Shown here piece by piece: positions 1-12,739 of a stretch of DNA of 64,000 nt; within the stretch, counting starts at the first letter, position 1; each line of letters begins with the position of its first letter. The notes beneath the pieces are model-generated. The model was not told the origin of the DNA, did no database searches, and was given only the letters and a program-made list of their open reading frames with translations. The position numbers were made by a program, and so were the translations under genes. The DNA comes from Camelus dromedarius (taxonomy: Eukaryota). The DNA is taken from the NCBI RefSeq assembly GCF_036321535.1, contig NC_087436.1, positions 67,830,001-67,894,000 on the forward strand. Direction: 5' to 3'.

Positions 1-558
1 CTAGCAATAAAAAAGCCACATTCTGATCAACAGTATCTGCAAACTCTTAACATAGCCATTTTTCCTGAAGGCATAAAGTGCTAAAAACTGATTTTTTTGT
101 GTGTGTGGAAACACATTAATGTTTGTGGTAATTTAAGACAATTGATTAGTTGTAGCTGTTTTCTTTTACTGAAGATAATGTGGTTTATCTGTGGAGATTG
201 GTCTAAGTTATTTCTGATGCTAATACAGCCTATGAGAATGCATGTGTTAGGTAGATTTTTTGAGGATGTGAATGTCAGGTACTCAGATCTATGAAATCTA
301 ATCTTTAACATATTGAATGATACACATGACCTTAAATAGTAATAGGCCTATATTTTTAAAATTATATCACATTCATAAAGATTGCTTTACTGAGTTACAG
401 TTCCCATTCCCGCCCTTATTCGTGTTTAGCTATTTAACAAATGTGAAGTCTATGAGTTAAAGGCTAGAGATACCGTATTCTCAGGAAATACTTGCCAAAA
501 TAATTGAATATAAATAAAAAGAAATGGAGGAAGTGAGGGCAGGAAGAAGAATTTTCTT

Positions 559-582
559 TATATATATATATATATATATATA
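559..582. repeat. (TA)12 microsatellite
   Basis: Direct reading of the TA run. Confidence 0.95.
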
Positions 583-1115
583 GCTGTCAGTAAATTTTAA
601 GAATTCTGCCCCTGCAAGATTTTTGGGGGGGAGAGGAAATTATTGGTAAAGAGTACAGAAATTTAAAGATACATGATAGATCTAGTCTTAATTACTCGGT
701 GTAATGAAGATGGTGAGGAAATTCTGGTTCCCTGGGGTTAAGGTCTTTGGGAAGGACAAAAGTGCCAATGTTGGATTGTATAAACCTTTCTTAGAGCAAA
801 GATTGAGAGATGGGCTTGGGTAAGAGGTAAGCAGAATTTTTAAATATGATTCTTCCATAGGACGTTTTAAGGTTTTCACTACAGTTACAAAAATCATGAT
901 ATGCCTAGTAAATATATAGACTGAGTGATGGGGCTGAATTCAGCAAAGGGCAAAAAACAATATCAGCTTCTAGATGAGAAGACAAATGAGTTACAACCAT
1001 AGCTCTCAGCACAGTAACTGGCTCAAAGACATGACGTGTCCTTAAAATGGCACCAAGACACTTAATACTTGGTCTGTGGCTGCTCACAGGCTGGCCGCAT
1101 ACCATTATATTTTTG

Positions 1116-1318
1116 TAATAATAACAGCTCTTACTTAGTTTTTACTGTAAGACAGGTTGTGAACTAAGTGAAGAAAGTATTTTCTTATTTTTTCCCCCAA
1201 AGAGAAAATGAATGCTTAGAGCTTAAGTAATTTGCTTTAAATCACCCAGCTATTAAGTTGTGAAGTTGAAATTCAAATTTAGGCCTATCTGGCTCCACAG
1301 CCCATGCTCTTTACCACT
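1116..1318 (-). mobile_element. MIR SINE remnant
   Basis: Reverse-strand MIR hallmarks: taataataacagct tail, aagtaatttgc...atcacccagcta, attcaaatttaggcctatctggctcca...catgctctttaccact. Confidence 0.8.
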
Positions 1319-4300
1319 GAACTAGTTTAGTAAGGACGGAAATGTTAATGTGCTCCCCTAAGCATTGCATTTCTGCCAGAGAATGACTTTAATACCAAGA
1401 GAGAACTGGTCTTTTGGAATGAAGCCCTAAGGGGTAAAGAACAAATAGAAACTTTGAAATAAACAGAATGATGATCATGTCTATAGAAGAATGTTTTAAT
1501 ATTCTTATTCTTTCACCTAATATGTTTATCCACTTAAGTTTCTAGAAAAGTTACAGTACTACTCAGTGGGCTTCTGGAAAATAAGTTTATTAATTTAACA
1601 TGTTTAAAATGACCTAACATCCCATTTTCCAACCCTTCCCTTCACTTATTTCTGGTGGTCAAGGAATAAATAAATGGGAAAAATACTTTCTAAAACAGTG
1701 TAGAATCTTCTAGAAGTTAATGGTAAAGTTTCTCCAGCCTCTGTGATTATTTATCAAGCATCTCATTTGAAACTTACTAGAATAGGCAGATATAGATATG
1801 AATCAAATTTTTTTTCTTAAAATGTTTAATTTAATATTAGGGTTTAGAGGATACTTAATGGTTTAGGAAAGTATATATGTCAACCCACATACCCTTATCT
1901 CTACCACCATTCCACCTCCACACTCAGGCATAAAATGACCATTTTTGTAGGTAAATGCAAATGTTTGTATTCTTAAGATAGCTATATGTGAGTAGAAAAT
2001 TGCTATTAACCCCCAACAGCTTAAAAACCATATGCCTCTTAATTCTGTCAGTGAAAAAGAAAACATTTTGTTATTTTAATAACATTTTCTCCCTTAACTC
2101 ATTTAAACATATTCCTGGAGGATTCCAGAACTCATTGCCTATCTGCAAGCCTCCCAAAAATCATCACAAATGGTGACATCCTGGCACTGGTAATCAGAGC
2201 TGGAGTGGAGCATGCAGATGAGAAGTGCTATGTAAATCAGCCTCGATAGCTTTCTGCCACTTTTATCTGTCCACTGTGGGTTGGGTTCATTGCTGCAGAA
2301 GCTCATCCTGCCTGGATAAAAACCACAATCCAGCAGCAAACCAAAACAAACAGCTCTCCTAGGAATGCGGACAAAAACGGGAACTATGAGAACTTCCGCA
2401 GATTACCTGCTTGCATAAATCCGTAATCTGCAGTCACATCCTTGATAGCACGTATGTTTTCATTTTGGTAAATGCTAGGTCTGTACTGCAGTTCAGTGTT
2501 GTCCTGAAATAACTAGCACTCAACACAGGAATGCTGATACCCACTCTGGTTGGCTGGGTTCTACTGTAATCTACTTACTTGTTTTTACTTTTTAGCTACA
2601 ATGGCTCATTTATTTTCTCTTGTTCTTGGCAAGTTTCTCAGGGGTAAGAATGTGGAAAGATATCAGAACTGTGAATGGAAAAACATGAGTGAAATAATAT
2701 GTATATAAAAAAGACCATGTTAAAAAGCTTGTTTTGCTTTTGAGTTTCCAAAGTTAGTGTTTTGGGGTTTTGGGTTTTGTTTTTAATTTTTAAAGCAATT
2801 AAGTAAACATATTTCTTAGGGATTATTTTTTTCTTTGCAGGATATATCAAGATAATATATATATAGTTTACATATGTAATATGTATTTTATATCTCAATT
2901 TTACTCTGTCAAGTTTTACTTTGGAGAAACAAGAATTTAAAATATTATTTGGTTCTCTACTTGTGTATAATAAAGTGTTTATATTTATATATTGTATCCT
3001 GATATAATAGCTCAATGACATATATATATAATTCTTTGGAAGTAGAAAAAGATTAAAATACATAGGCCTGGGAAAAAAGTTACTATTATCCTATTTTTTT
3101 TACGAGTTAAAAATGTTAGTAAAATCACTTAGGGTCCCACAATAATTTCACATCTGTCTGAATCTAGAATTTGTGCTCTCCTCCCCATGCTAAAGTTAAG
3201 TCTGTGTCACAAAAGTCTGCCTGACTGAGGCATCTCATTCATATTAGAACAGTCGGGAAAAGACTGTGACTTAAAAAGCCATTACACTGGTTGTTTTACT
3301 TAACGGACTGCTTACACCAAATTAGCCAACAAACTGAGACCTAACCGTCAGTCTTACAGCTCCAAGCACTAACAAAGCAAATTATTGCTTCTTTCAAAAT
3401 TGAGTTAAACCAAGAATGAAATGCCAAGTCAAACAAAAATGGAGAATATACCAGCATTTATAATAAATTCATAATTTTCATGGCTTTTTGGGTCTTAGTC
3501 ATCACCTGAGATATTTTATTAATGTGAAATGGAGGAATTTTCTGAACTGATCTAACAAAAAGTACTTGTTGAGGATCTGTTATGTCATCAGCTGACTCAA
3601 ATACAGAAACATTAAAATGTGAGTGAATGACAACCCCATCAACCTCCGAGTGAGGAATACAAGATAGGGATTTTATAAAACAGATGAGAGGATTTTAGAA
3701 ATTGTAAAGGTACAAGACAGGCTAGTCAGGTTGGAATTGTACCTAATAGGCGGAATCTTAAAATCTGACAGGGGGATTGCAGAAGAGAAAGTGGCAAAGC
3801 AAGCAGCCATGATGCTACTGCTATCATTTGGGTGGGCAATAGTAAGGACTTTGTTAGAATAGTGACCTGTGCTGATCTTCCTACTTGACTATTAGTTTTG
3901 CTTTATTGTGCTTTTAAAAATTTTTAGGCTTTTTGCTACTTCCACGTTGTTATGTAAACAGTTGCAGTGGAATAGGACATATGATTATAAATTACCCAAT
4001 CTAATTCTGATCGAAGCTTTGGTACTGACTTGTGTGACTTTAGGAGAAACACTCTGCTCCATAAGTCAGGTTTCTCCGCTTTCTAGTGGAGGTGAGGAAT
4101 TTCCTGACATGCTGCAAAGATTTCTCAGGCAATAAAATCGAATGAAGCTGTACACCTAAATCCCACATTTACCATCCTGCTCTTCCAGCATAGTCAAGAA
4201 AACATCTCTACTTTTAATTATTATTTCCCTCTTAATAATTGTTAACATTATTCAGATGTGCGTGGTAGGACACAAGGCTTTTTACATAGAGTTCTTTACA

Positions 4301-4924
4301 AAACCCTCACAAGCATACTATGGCGACAATATTTGTTTCCTCCACTTTCTAGATGACTCTTAATTCCCTCACTTTTTAGCATATGCTGCTCTCTCACTAG
4401 TTTCTAAGAACGTGGATTCAGTGTGTCATGTAACTGATACATCTATTCCAGAATTCCAAGTGTCCTGCAGACTTCCAAAGCAGTTAATGAGAAATATGAT
4501 ACAGTTTTCAGGAACAAATTGCAACAGAGAAAAAAAGGGAGTAAGAGATATACAAGCAATTTAACACAAAAATGCTTAAATAAAGCATATGAATATTCAT
4601 CTTTGATTTCTTCTTCTTTCTCACTGTACATACCTCAAGTTACTTTTTCCTGCATATTACCTTTTTAAATGCCTTTTATACCTACATACTTTTCCAGGCC
4701 ACTCCCATAATCACAACTCAAAACCGGACCACTATTCAAACAGTCATAGTGTTTACCTGCTCTTAAATTTCAATGCATTTCTCCTAAGTGAAGAACAGAG
4801 TTGAAGAACAAGTAGCAAAATTTAAGCATGTCCACAATCTTATCCCAGGATTCAGTTTGGTGGAATCCTGGAAACGACAGCACAAACATGAGAGCTAATT
4901 ATATTCATCTCTTTCTTCCTCCAT

Positions 4925-5597
4925 GTTCAGTGATATGTGCCATGGTAGGAGTATTTACACCAAAGAAATTGGCAAACACTGTTAGGCAGTTAGATAGCTA
5001 GGGGCATCAGCAAGGAGAGTAGAAAGGGGAGAGAACAATCCAGAAAATAATGGTACACCCACCCTCAGAATAAGGGGCTTCAAAGAGTTTTATTTTCTCT
5101 AAATGAGTGCCAGCAAGAAACCAGACAGAACCAGACAGCTGCAGCTGTACAGTAGAGAGTAGGGCCCAACCTGACATGACCCAGTGCTCATTATAATATA
5201 ATTAGCATTGTAGTTTAGGCACTGCTCCCCATGGGCTTTTCTGTATGCACTGTGGGCAAGGACATGCACAATAAGGAAAAGGTTATATAACCTACACATG
5301 CCACTCACATGATACCAACTATCTAACATAGCCCCTAGGTAACCTCACAAAAGAAAAAGGGGTTGGGGGAATCAGAGCCTTTGCTCCCTTGGATCAGCCT
5401 GCCTTGAGCCCTTGGATGTGTACTTTCACTTTGCTAATAAACTCTTTGTTTATACAACACTTTCATCTCCCTTCTGAATTCTTATCTTTTGGGTAAGACA
5501 AGAACTGGAGCTTTTCCCCTCCTTGGGGTAACAACACTACAAACAGATTTTTCTTTACCAAAGAGATGGTTGTTACACATGCATCTGCATACCACTG
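4925..5597. mobile_element. MER63-like hAT DNA transposon remnant, split by an LTR at 4980-5533
   Basis: gccatggtaggagtatttacacca..gaaattggcaaacac|tacaaa...ggttgtta...cataccactg matches recalled MER63 motifs and rejoins across the LTR. Confidence 0.7.
4980..5533 (+). mobile_element. Solo LTR, ERV1-class
   Basis: TGTTA...TAACA inverted termini, perfect 4-bp TSD ACAC (4976-4979 and 5534-5537), TATA-like ttatataa near 5283, AATAAA near 5435. Confidence 0.85.
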
Positions 5598-5877
5598 ATT
5601 CTGTTCCAAATCCCACTTACACTATATTTTCTTATGTACAGTTGATACTTCCTAAATCTGTCCTAAGCATGGCCTCTTCCATCGTTCTGTGGTGCCCTTA
5701 CTCCCGATTTTGACTACGTGAAAACCATAATTTTGAAGGGTGGCAGTATTTTTCTTGGGTGGATCATTTTTGGTTCTAGAGGTTTTTTTGAGGAGCCTGT
5801 CTTAAAACTTAAAAAAAAAAAAGTAATACCTTCCCTTCCAGGACAGTCTCTAATCCCACCTCCTCCCAAGCATGTCT

Positions 5878-6455
5878 TACTTTTTAGAAAATTTAGACAA
5901 GTTTTAGGCTCACAGCAAAATTGAAAAGCAAATATAGAGATTTCCAATATACTTCCTGCCTCCACATATACATAGCCTTTCCAATCATCCATATCTCCCA
6001 CCAGGATGGGATATTTGTTACAAATGATGAAACTACACTGACACATTATAGTCAGTCAAAGTCCATAGCCACCTACCTTAAGAAAAATACAATGGCAAAA
6101 GTGATACCCTAAGTTTGGATAAGTTTATAATGATGTGTACCATCATCATACTATCACAGAGAGTGTTTTCACTGCCCTAAAATCCTCTGTACCTATTCAT
6201 CCCTCCACCTCCAACCTTTGGCAACCACTGATCATTTTACCCATTCTATAGTTTTGCCTTTTTCATAATGTCGTTTAGTTGGAATCATACAGTATGCAGC
6301 CTTTTCAAATTGGCTTCCTTATACCTTTATAGTGCTTCTATATGCCTTTATAATTCTTTCCTGTCTTTTCATGGCTTGGCAGCTCATTCCTTTTTAGTGC
6401 TGAATAGTATTTCATTGCCTGGATGTATCATAGTGTATCCATTCACCTACAGAAA
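5878..6455 (-). mobile_element. L1 3' end (L1MC1-like)
   Basis: ttttaggctcacagcaaaattga...atttgttacaaatgatgaa...gttggaatcatacagtatgcagccttttcaaattggcttc motifs of the antisense L1MC 3'UTR. Confidence 0.8.
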
Positions 6456-6489
6456 GACATATGCCTTATTTTTCACAGCTGAGAAATAA

Positions 6490-6685
6490 TTCCTCCCTTC
6501 TCTGTGCTCTTGTAAGATTTTATTTGTATCTTCTTTATGACACTTAATGTCTTACTTAATGTCATCATTATTCACTTTTAATCGTTCCTACTATACTATA
6601 AAATTTGAGGGCAAAATTTGCATCTTGTTCATGTTTATTCCCATATTGCCTACTTTAATTTGTTTCAATAAATAAATGTTAAATG
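6490..6685 (+). mobile_element. L2 3' end remnant
   Basis: ctatactataaaatttgagggca...catcttgttcatgtttattcc...aataaatgttaaatg resembles the L2 tail. Confidence 0.55.
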
Positions 6686-7509
6686 GAAAAATACCACTGG
6701 ACATTTTACTGGCCTCATATTTCCAGAGTTCTTCCATTTTTTTCCACTAAATCTGGTAACTTTAAAAAACTACTGAAAAGACCTTTGAAAGAAAACAAAA
6801 ATCCACCCCCACTTATTGTTACTTCATAATCAGACATGAGTATACTAAATGCCAAATAAGTCACAGGCACTGCTTTTGAAGGACACTTAAGAAAGCAATA
6901 AATTGAGAGCACAATGCTAAAATAGCTATTGAATCTCATTTTCTTTTCTAAAGAAAATAATGCAAAATAGCATGTTTTTTTTTATTCTTTTACAAGCACC
7001 CTGAAAGGTCAGTGGGAGAGAAAACAGCAGTTGGGAAAAATATGTTCTGTAGAAATGTTTACTTAAATGTTTGGTGAAGGGGAAGTATTTGCATAATAAA
7101 ATGGCTTTATTAACAACATAGCAGGTCTCACTTTCTTGATTTGTAAAGAAGCTAACGGGTCTCAACACTATTTTTGTTTTGTTTTCCATCAGAATAAATG
7201 TAGACAATTTTAGAATGTAATGAAAAATTATATTATTCTCCCAAATGCTTACACATATTTGCTCAGATTTGGAAAGCTACCTGAGTTCACTCAAACCCAG
7301 TAGTTCTAAAGTTAGAAAACAGCTACTCTTATTCACTGTTTTCTTATGAAGATTTTTGTCACTTCCAACATTTTAATCTTCAAAACAAACAAATAAAAAA
7401 ACTCAGTATTCTATCAGCAGCTAATTGAAAGAGCTGATTTACTGGGCAGAAGAGCAGGTGGTGCTGACTTTCCATTTGGAAGTAGCTGGCTGAGCAGAAT
7501 GATCTTGGT

Positions 7510-7715
7510 GCGCTCCAGTGTTAAGAAGTTTGTCAGGGGTACAGTGGTCAAGGCTTTGATCTCACCCTCCTTTATCCTTTTCCTTGACCATCCTTAACCT
7601 TCTTAAGCTAAGTATATCATGTAGCCCCTGCTGACCAAGGAAACGAACAAAGGGAGGTTCCAGCTGGATCAGCACAAAACCATCAGTGAAACTGAGAGAA
7701 AGTCATCTGAAATGC
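7510..7715 (+). mobile_element. MamSINE1-like ancient tRNA-derived SINE
   Basis: ggatcagcacaaaaccatca...actgagagaaa resembles the recalled MamSINE1 3' part; ggtcaaggctttgatctc resembles a decayed B-box region. Confidence 0.5.
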
Positions 7716-8325
7716 ACACACAGCAGTGATGGTGTTTTGTAACATCACTCTTGCATTGGAAAGTCAGTAGTTAACACTTAGGATTTCCCATAATTAACAT
7801 TAATAGACAAAAACTCCAGTGGGTTGCTTTTAGGGGAGGGAGGGGTAGACTTTTAAATTTAGGATAGAAGTGTTGATGATATTTGGTTGACATGATTTTA
7901 GAAGGAAAAACAATTTCTAGAGGCCTGTACTTTTATTAGAAACTCTCCTTAGCACCATCTCAGATTCTAAGAGTCAGCAGATGTTAGCTCCATGTCAGGG
8001 AAAACCTTCCTGGGAAAAGGTCACTTCCCTCTAACAAAACAAAGCTGGGAGGAATTTGTAGAACCGCACACAGTGAAAACAGTTGAGGGAATTGATATTC
8101 CGTGTTCTGCTCCATAAAGTAATGTTGGTAATTCTACCAAATAGACCACTTAGCTTAAATGTTAATACACAATATATGAGTTATATATATATATATAATT
8201 TATATAAAAATATGTATTACATATATAATAGGAAGTGATAATACTATAAATTGTGAAAGTATCAATACCTTGAATAGGTCATGTTGAACTCTAAAAGTAG
8301 TTATTGAAACACTGATGAAATCTCT

Positions 8326-8560
8326 AATAATAGTAACAGCTAAAGTTTTTCAAGAACTTTTGTGTCTGGCATTATACGATATATACTTCATCTATTACCT
8401 CATTCATCTCCAGAACCACCACACATTAGTAAGTATCATTTCTCTTCAACTGTACACCGGAAGAAACCAGGGCTCAGAGAGAATAAGTACTTTTCTCAAA
8501 ATCCCACAACTAGTAACCAGTGTCATCAGCACTCAAACCCAAGGTTTTCTGCCACCAAGT
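8326..8560 (-). mobile_element. MIR SINE remnant
   Basis: aataatagtaacagcta tail; ctcattcatctccagaaccacc; ggctcagagagaataagtacttttctcaaaatcccacaactagtaa. Confidence 0.8.
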
Positions 8561-8718
8561 CTTTGTTTCTTGAGCATTGAGTTCAATATGATAAAGTATC
8601 AAGTTATGTTTAAAAATCTTAACAAGATATTTATAAAAATTATAAACATCCCCACATTATGCAATATGGATGTTCACATTTTTCATTTTACCTTCAGACA
8701 TTTGAATGTCATTTAGAT

Positions 8719-8925
8719 CAGCATTTCCCAAAATGTGTTCTGTTAAGTAATAACTGCATGTTATTAATAAATATTACATGAAAAACTTGTACCATAGTTC
8801 AATGAGTCTGGGTTAGACAAGTTTAAGTAGAGTTACGTTTCTACAGGATTCACTTCTCCAATTACAATGTGCATTTTGAGTCTCCAAAAAGAGAAATGAA
8901 ATAACAAAGGTTTGCTAATGTTTAC
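8719..8925. mobile_element. MER103-like hAT-Charlie remnant
   Basis: cagcatttcccaaaatgtgttc terminus; gggttagacaagtttaagtagag..tttctacagga; atgtgcattttgagtctccaa. Confidence 0.6.
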
Positions 8926-11624
8926 TGCCCATTTATCATGCTTCAGGCACAAGCATTACTTTATCTAATTATAGCTCAGTTCAGTTTATTACCATCACTT
9001 AACAGATAGGGAAGCTGAGGCTTATAAACATGAAAAAAATTGTCCAAGATCCCCAAACTAAATTGAAACTACAGAACCTAGCTATCCTAACTACTAAGAT
9101 ACACTACATCGCTGTCTTGTCCATTAAAAATTTTTTCAAAGGGCTCTTAATCTAGAACATACTTTGAATCATATCGTTAATACATGAAATAACAAATACA
9201 AACAGCATGTCAGGAGTTGCAAGACTATCTACTTCCTCTCCTGAGGTTTGGGATCTCCTTGGTGACAATGCCTGAGAATACAAATATGATGGCTCCTCAG
9301 AAGAATGCCAGATACACAAGCACTCACTAGATATTCAAGAAATAATTACTGAATGAATTAATACTGTGTGTAGATTGATTGAACTGCCAAATTTAGATGG
9401 ACAATGTTATGGCTAATCCCCAGAGTCAACCAAAATTTCGCGTTGGAAGTGAAAGCAGGTAAAGGCAAAAGGGAATCACAGTTCTATCCTATCCAGAATC
9501 TTGAGAACAAAATATATTTAACAGAATACAAATTATTAGATTACATGTTATTAGGGACTGGATTATAGAAGCAAAAATATGTATTATAATTCCCACCAGT
9601 AACTATTATTTCAAAATTATATTCATGGTCAAAGGAAACATTGTTACTTATTTTAAAAACTGTGAGGTAGTCAGGAGGGTATATTAAGCACAGAATTAGT
9701 GATGACATAGGCTAGAATTCTACCTCTTCACTTTTACATCTTTTGGCAACTAGGCACGCAGCACTGAACCTCACTTCCCTGATTTCCAAGTGGTTTTTGT
9801 TATCTTTCTTTCAGGAGGTTGCAAAAATTATGTGAGATAAACCACCCTGAGCAGTCTCTAAAACATAATAACCACCAAATAAAATAATAACAATTACTTT
9901 TACTCCAGCTAAGTAAATTCAGATTGTTGATTTTTGAATAACCCATTTACTTATAAGGGATTTAGATCCATGTAAGTAGCCTGGTCATAATCTGCTACTT
10001 CTGAACCTGTCCATTTCTAAGAGGTTCATTCTCATTTTTAAAGCATATTAATGGTAGAAAAAAGAAGAATGCATTTTAGACAGTGCTATAGTATCCTGAC
10101 CATTAACTCACCAACTTCTCGAACAATCTGAAAATTGACTTCAGATGTTCCCTTCATCTAGAAATAAACTTGAACATGCTGAGAAGCATTAAATTGTTAT
10201 ATACAGTACCAAAGAGACTAGCAATTCTGCATAAGCCAGATAAATGCTGGAATAAATCTGCTGCTACTTCTAGTAGAGCATAGCCCTTTCTAACATGCCA
10301 CTGCTAAATGTTCTACTTCACAAGATTGAAGTTGTCCAAAGTCAGTCACCATTCTAAAAATGATCAATACTTAAAGGGATTTACTAGTCACCTCAGTGCA
10401 TAAATCTACTACGATTAAAGCCAGTTCTAGAGGATATAGTACTGACACTGGAAACTTTCCCTTCCTTGTTCAGAGGAGGTAATGAAATAACTCATTTATA
10501 CAGTGATACAGATCATTTGTTTTCATCAGAACTATGTTATTCAGTTACTCATTTTTGCATTATGATTTATTTCTCAAACACGTACTGAGTACTTACTAAG
10601 TTACTGGCACGTGAAGAGCTACAAGGTTAGATTACACATAGACTGTAAGCTCCTTAAGGGAAGGATCTATCAGAGAAAGATCAATATGAACCTAAGTAAA
10701 TCAGTTTCAGTGTTGACATGGGTAGGTATCACAAGTACATTAAGATAGTTTTAGAGAAGGAGCATTTGCACTTGGTTTGGAACTCATAAAAGGCTTTATA
10801 AACTTTTGTGCATTAGAGTTGGGCCTGAAGAATGGATACACTTGGCTATATAGAGAGAGTGGAAACTGCATTTTTAAACTTTTTGCAGCAGATTGAAAGC
10901 TCTTACAATAGATTAAGTAGTAGGAGACATCAAATGTGGGCATTCAATCATTCAATTAGACTTTTCTAGCAAAGTATAATTTGAATGCCTTATACATGAT
11001 TGGTGTGTATTTCCCAAACACTTCAGTTACTCCCAAGTTTAAGTATTTTGAGAAATGAGTTGATCCTTCTGGTCTGCAGGGTAACATTCTATGCAAGTTC
11101 TGTCAAAGCGTCGCCTGCCTATTCAGGCGATCACAGCATTGTAGCTGTTTTACTCTTAAATGTCTCTCTCCTGCTTATTCAGTACAGATGAATAATAAAA
11201 TTCTGACAACTTCTATGTGACATCTGGTTAGAGTACGAAAACAATTATTTGAAAGAGCATCATCAATATTTATATATTTAAAAACAAATATATAAATAAC
11301 CAATAGAGTCAGGAAATGGGTCTTTAATGCATTTAAACCATTTCCCATTCGTAAATAGTGTCTGTGATGAAAACTGAGAGAAATATTTCCACCTTGGTCA
11401 TTTTAACATTTGTTTTGTGTTCTGGAAAACTTTGCATCTGTAGGAAATTAAGAGGTTACACTGTCTTCCCCTAAGTTTTATATGGTAAAATAGGTTTGTG
11501 TTAAAACAAAGTTAAGCTTTATTGCAAGAATTAGCTCTCAAAGTCTTTATATAAATTAAAAAGTAGTGTGAATTTCCCACATGGTACCTAGAATACAGCA
11601 TGTCATAGGTACATGATAATGAAC

Positions 11625-11873
11625 ACTTTTATATAAAAAACTAATAAAAATAAATGAGCAAACCAAAGCAAACAATAAACATGTGGATACACAGAACAGA
11701 TTAAAGGAAGAGTGGCAAGAGGGAGGGTGAAATGGGTAATGGGGGTCAACTGTATGGTGATGAATGGAAACTAAACTTTTGCTGGTGAGCATTCTGTAGG
11801 GTGTACAGAAGCAGAAATATAACGTTGTTCACATGAAACTGATATGTTATGAATCAATGTTAGCTCAATAAAA
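11625..11873 (+). mobile_element. 5'-truncated L1 3' end (laurasiatherian-type)
   Basis: gggtgaaatgggtaatgggggtcaactgtatggtgatgaatggaaactaaacttttgctggtgagca...tcaatgttagctcaataaaa is a typical L1 3'UTR. Confidence 0.85.
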
Positions 11874-12077
11874 TATTTTCCAAAGATTACACAATGTTAA
11901 CTTTAAGAAATTATAGTGAATCATCATTCTTCCATTCTTAATTCTAAAATCTGAAATAGATTATTCAACTACAGATGAAAGCTTAATGGATATTAAAAAG
12001 ATTGATTTCTGCCTTTATTCAGTCCAATTAAAAAACCTGTGCCCAGGAAGAAGGTGTTATGCTTGATACCCAAGAGG

Positions 12078-12325
12078 CAACAGAACATAGTGTTGAAAAA
12101 CATAAGGTCTAGAGTGAGATGGTTTGGGTCTATGTTCCAGGGCAGTTACCTATAATTAGGTCAGTTACCATCTCTGTGCTGCAGTTTCCTCATCAGTAAT
12201 GGAGATGACAATATAATAGAACCTATACCCCACAGTGTTATGAGGACTAAATAATTGAATTCATGTGAAATTCTTAGCATACTCTTAGCCACATGTATTA
12301 TATATGAATTAGCTAATATAATAGC
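12078..12325 (+). mobile_element. MIR SINE remnant
   Basis: tctctgtgctgcagtttcctcatcagtaatggagatgacaata...gttatgaggactaaataa core. Confidence 0.85.
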
Positions 12326-12739
12326 CACTTTAATAATTTAAAAACATTAGCTTCTTATAATCTAAATATTTAAGAATTCCTCTCTAAGATTGTAATCTTG
12401 GTTTAATTATTTTCCAGCTGTGCTTCTTTGGGCAAGTTATTTAATTTCTCCGAGTTTTAGTTTTCCCATCTGTCCTATGGGGGAAGGGTGAAAATGACTT
12501 CATCATGCTGGTAACTCTACCTCTGCTTTTCCCACTGATCTCCCTTTAGAACAGAATCAATTGTCTCAGGAAAACTAGAACTTTGATCCTCCCAAGTCAA
12601 CTCAGCCTTCAGTGGAATTTGTGCCAGGGTCATCAAACCAGATATATGACTGCCTCATGCCCAACCTCAGAATCAAGATCAGATGGCCCCACAAAAGAAT
12701 GACAAACTTTTTTTGCCTTTTTAAAAGGACAAATTAAGT

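Noticed and set aside
2638..3063. Longest ORF (141 aa, minus)
   Set aside because: I/Y/K/N-rich translation of very AT-rich DNA with no domain and no splice context.
11364..11430. GTGATGA as a C/D snoRNA C box
   Set aside because: No terminal D box (CTGA) or closing stem at a suitable distance.
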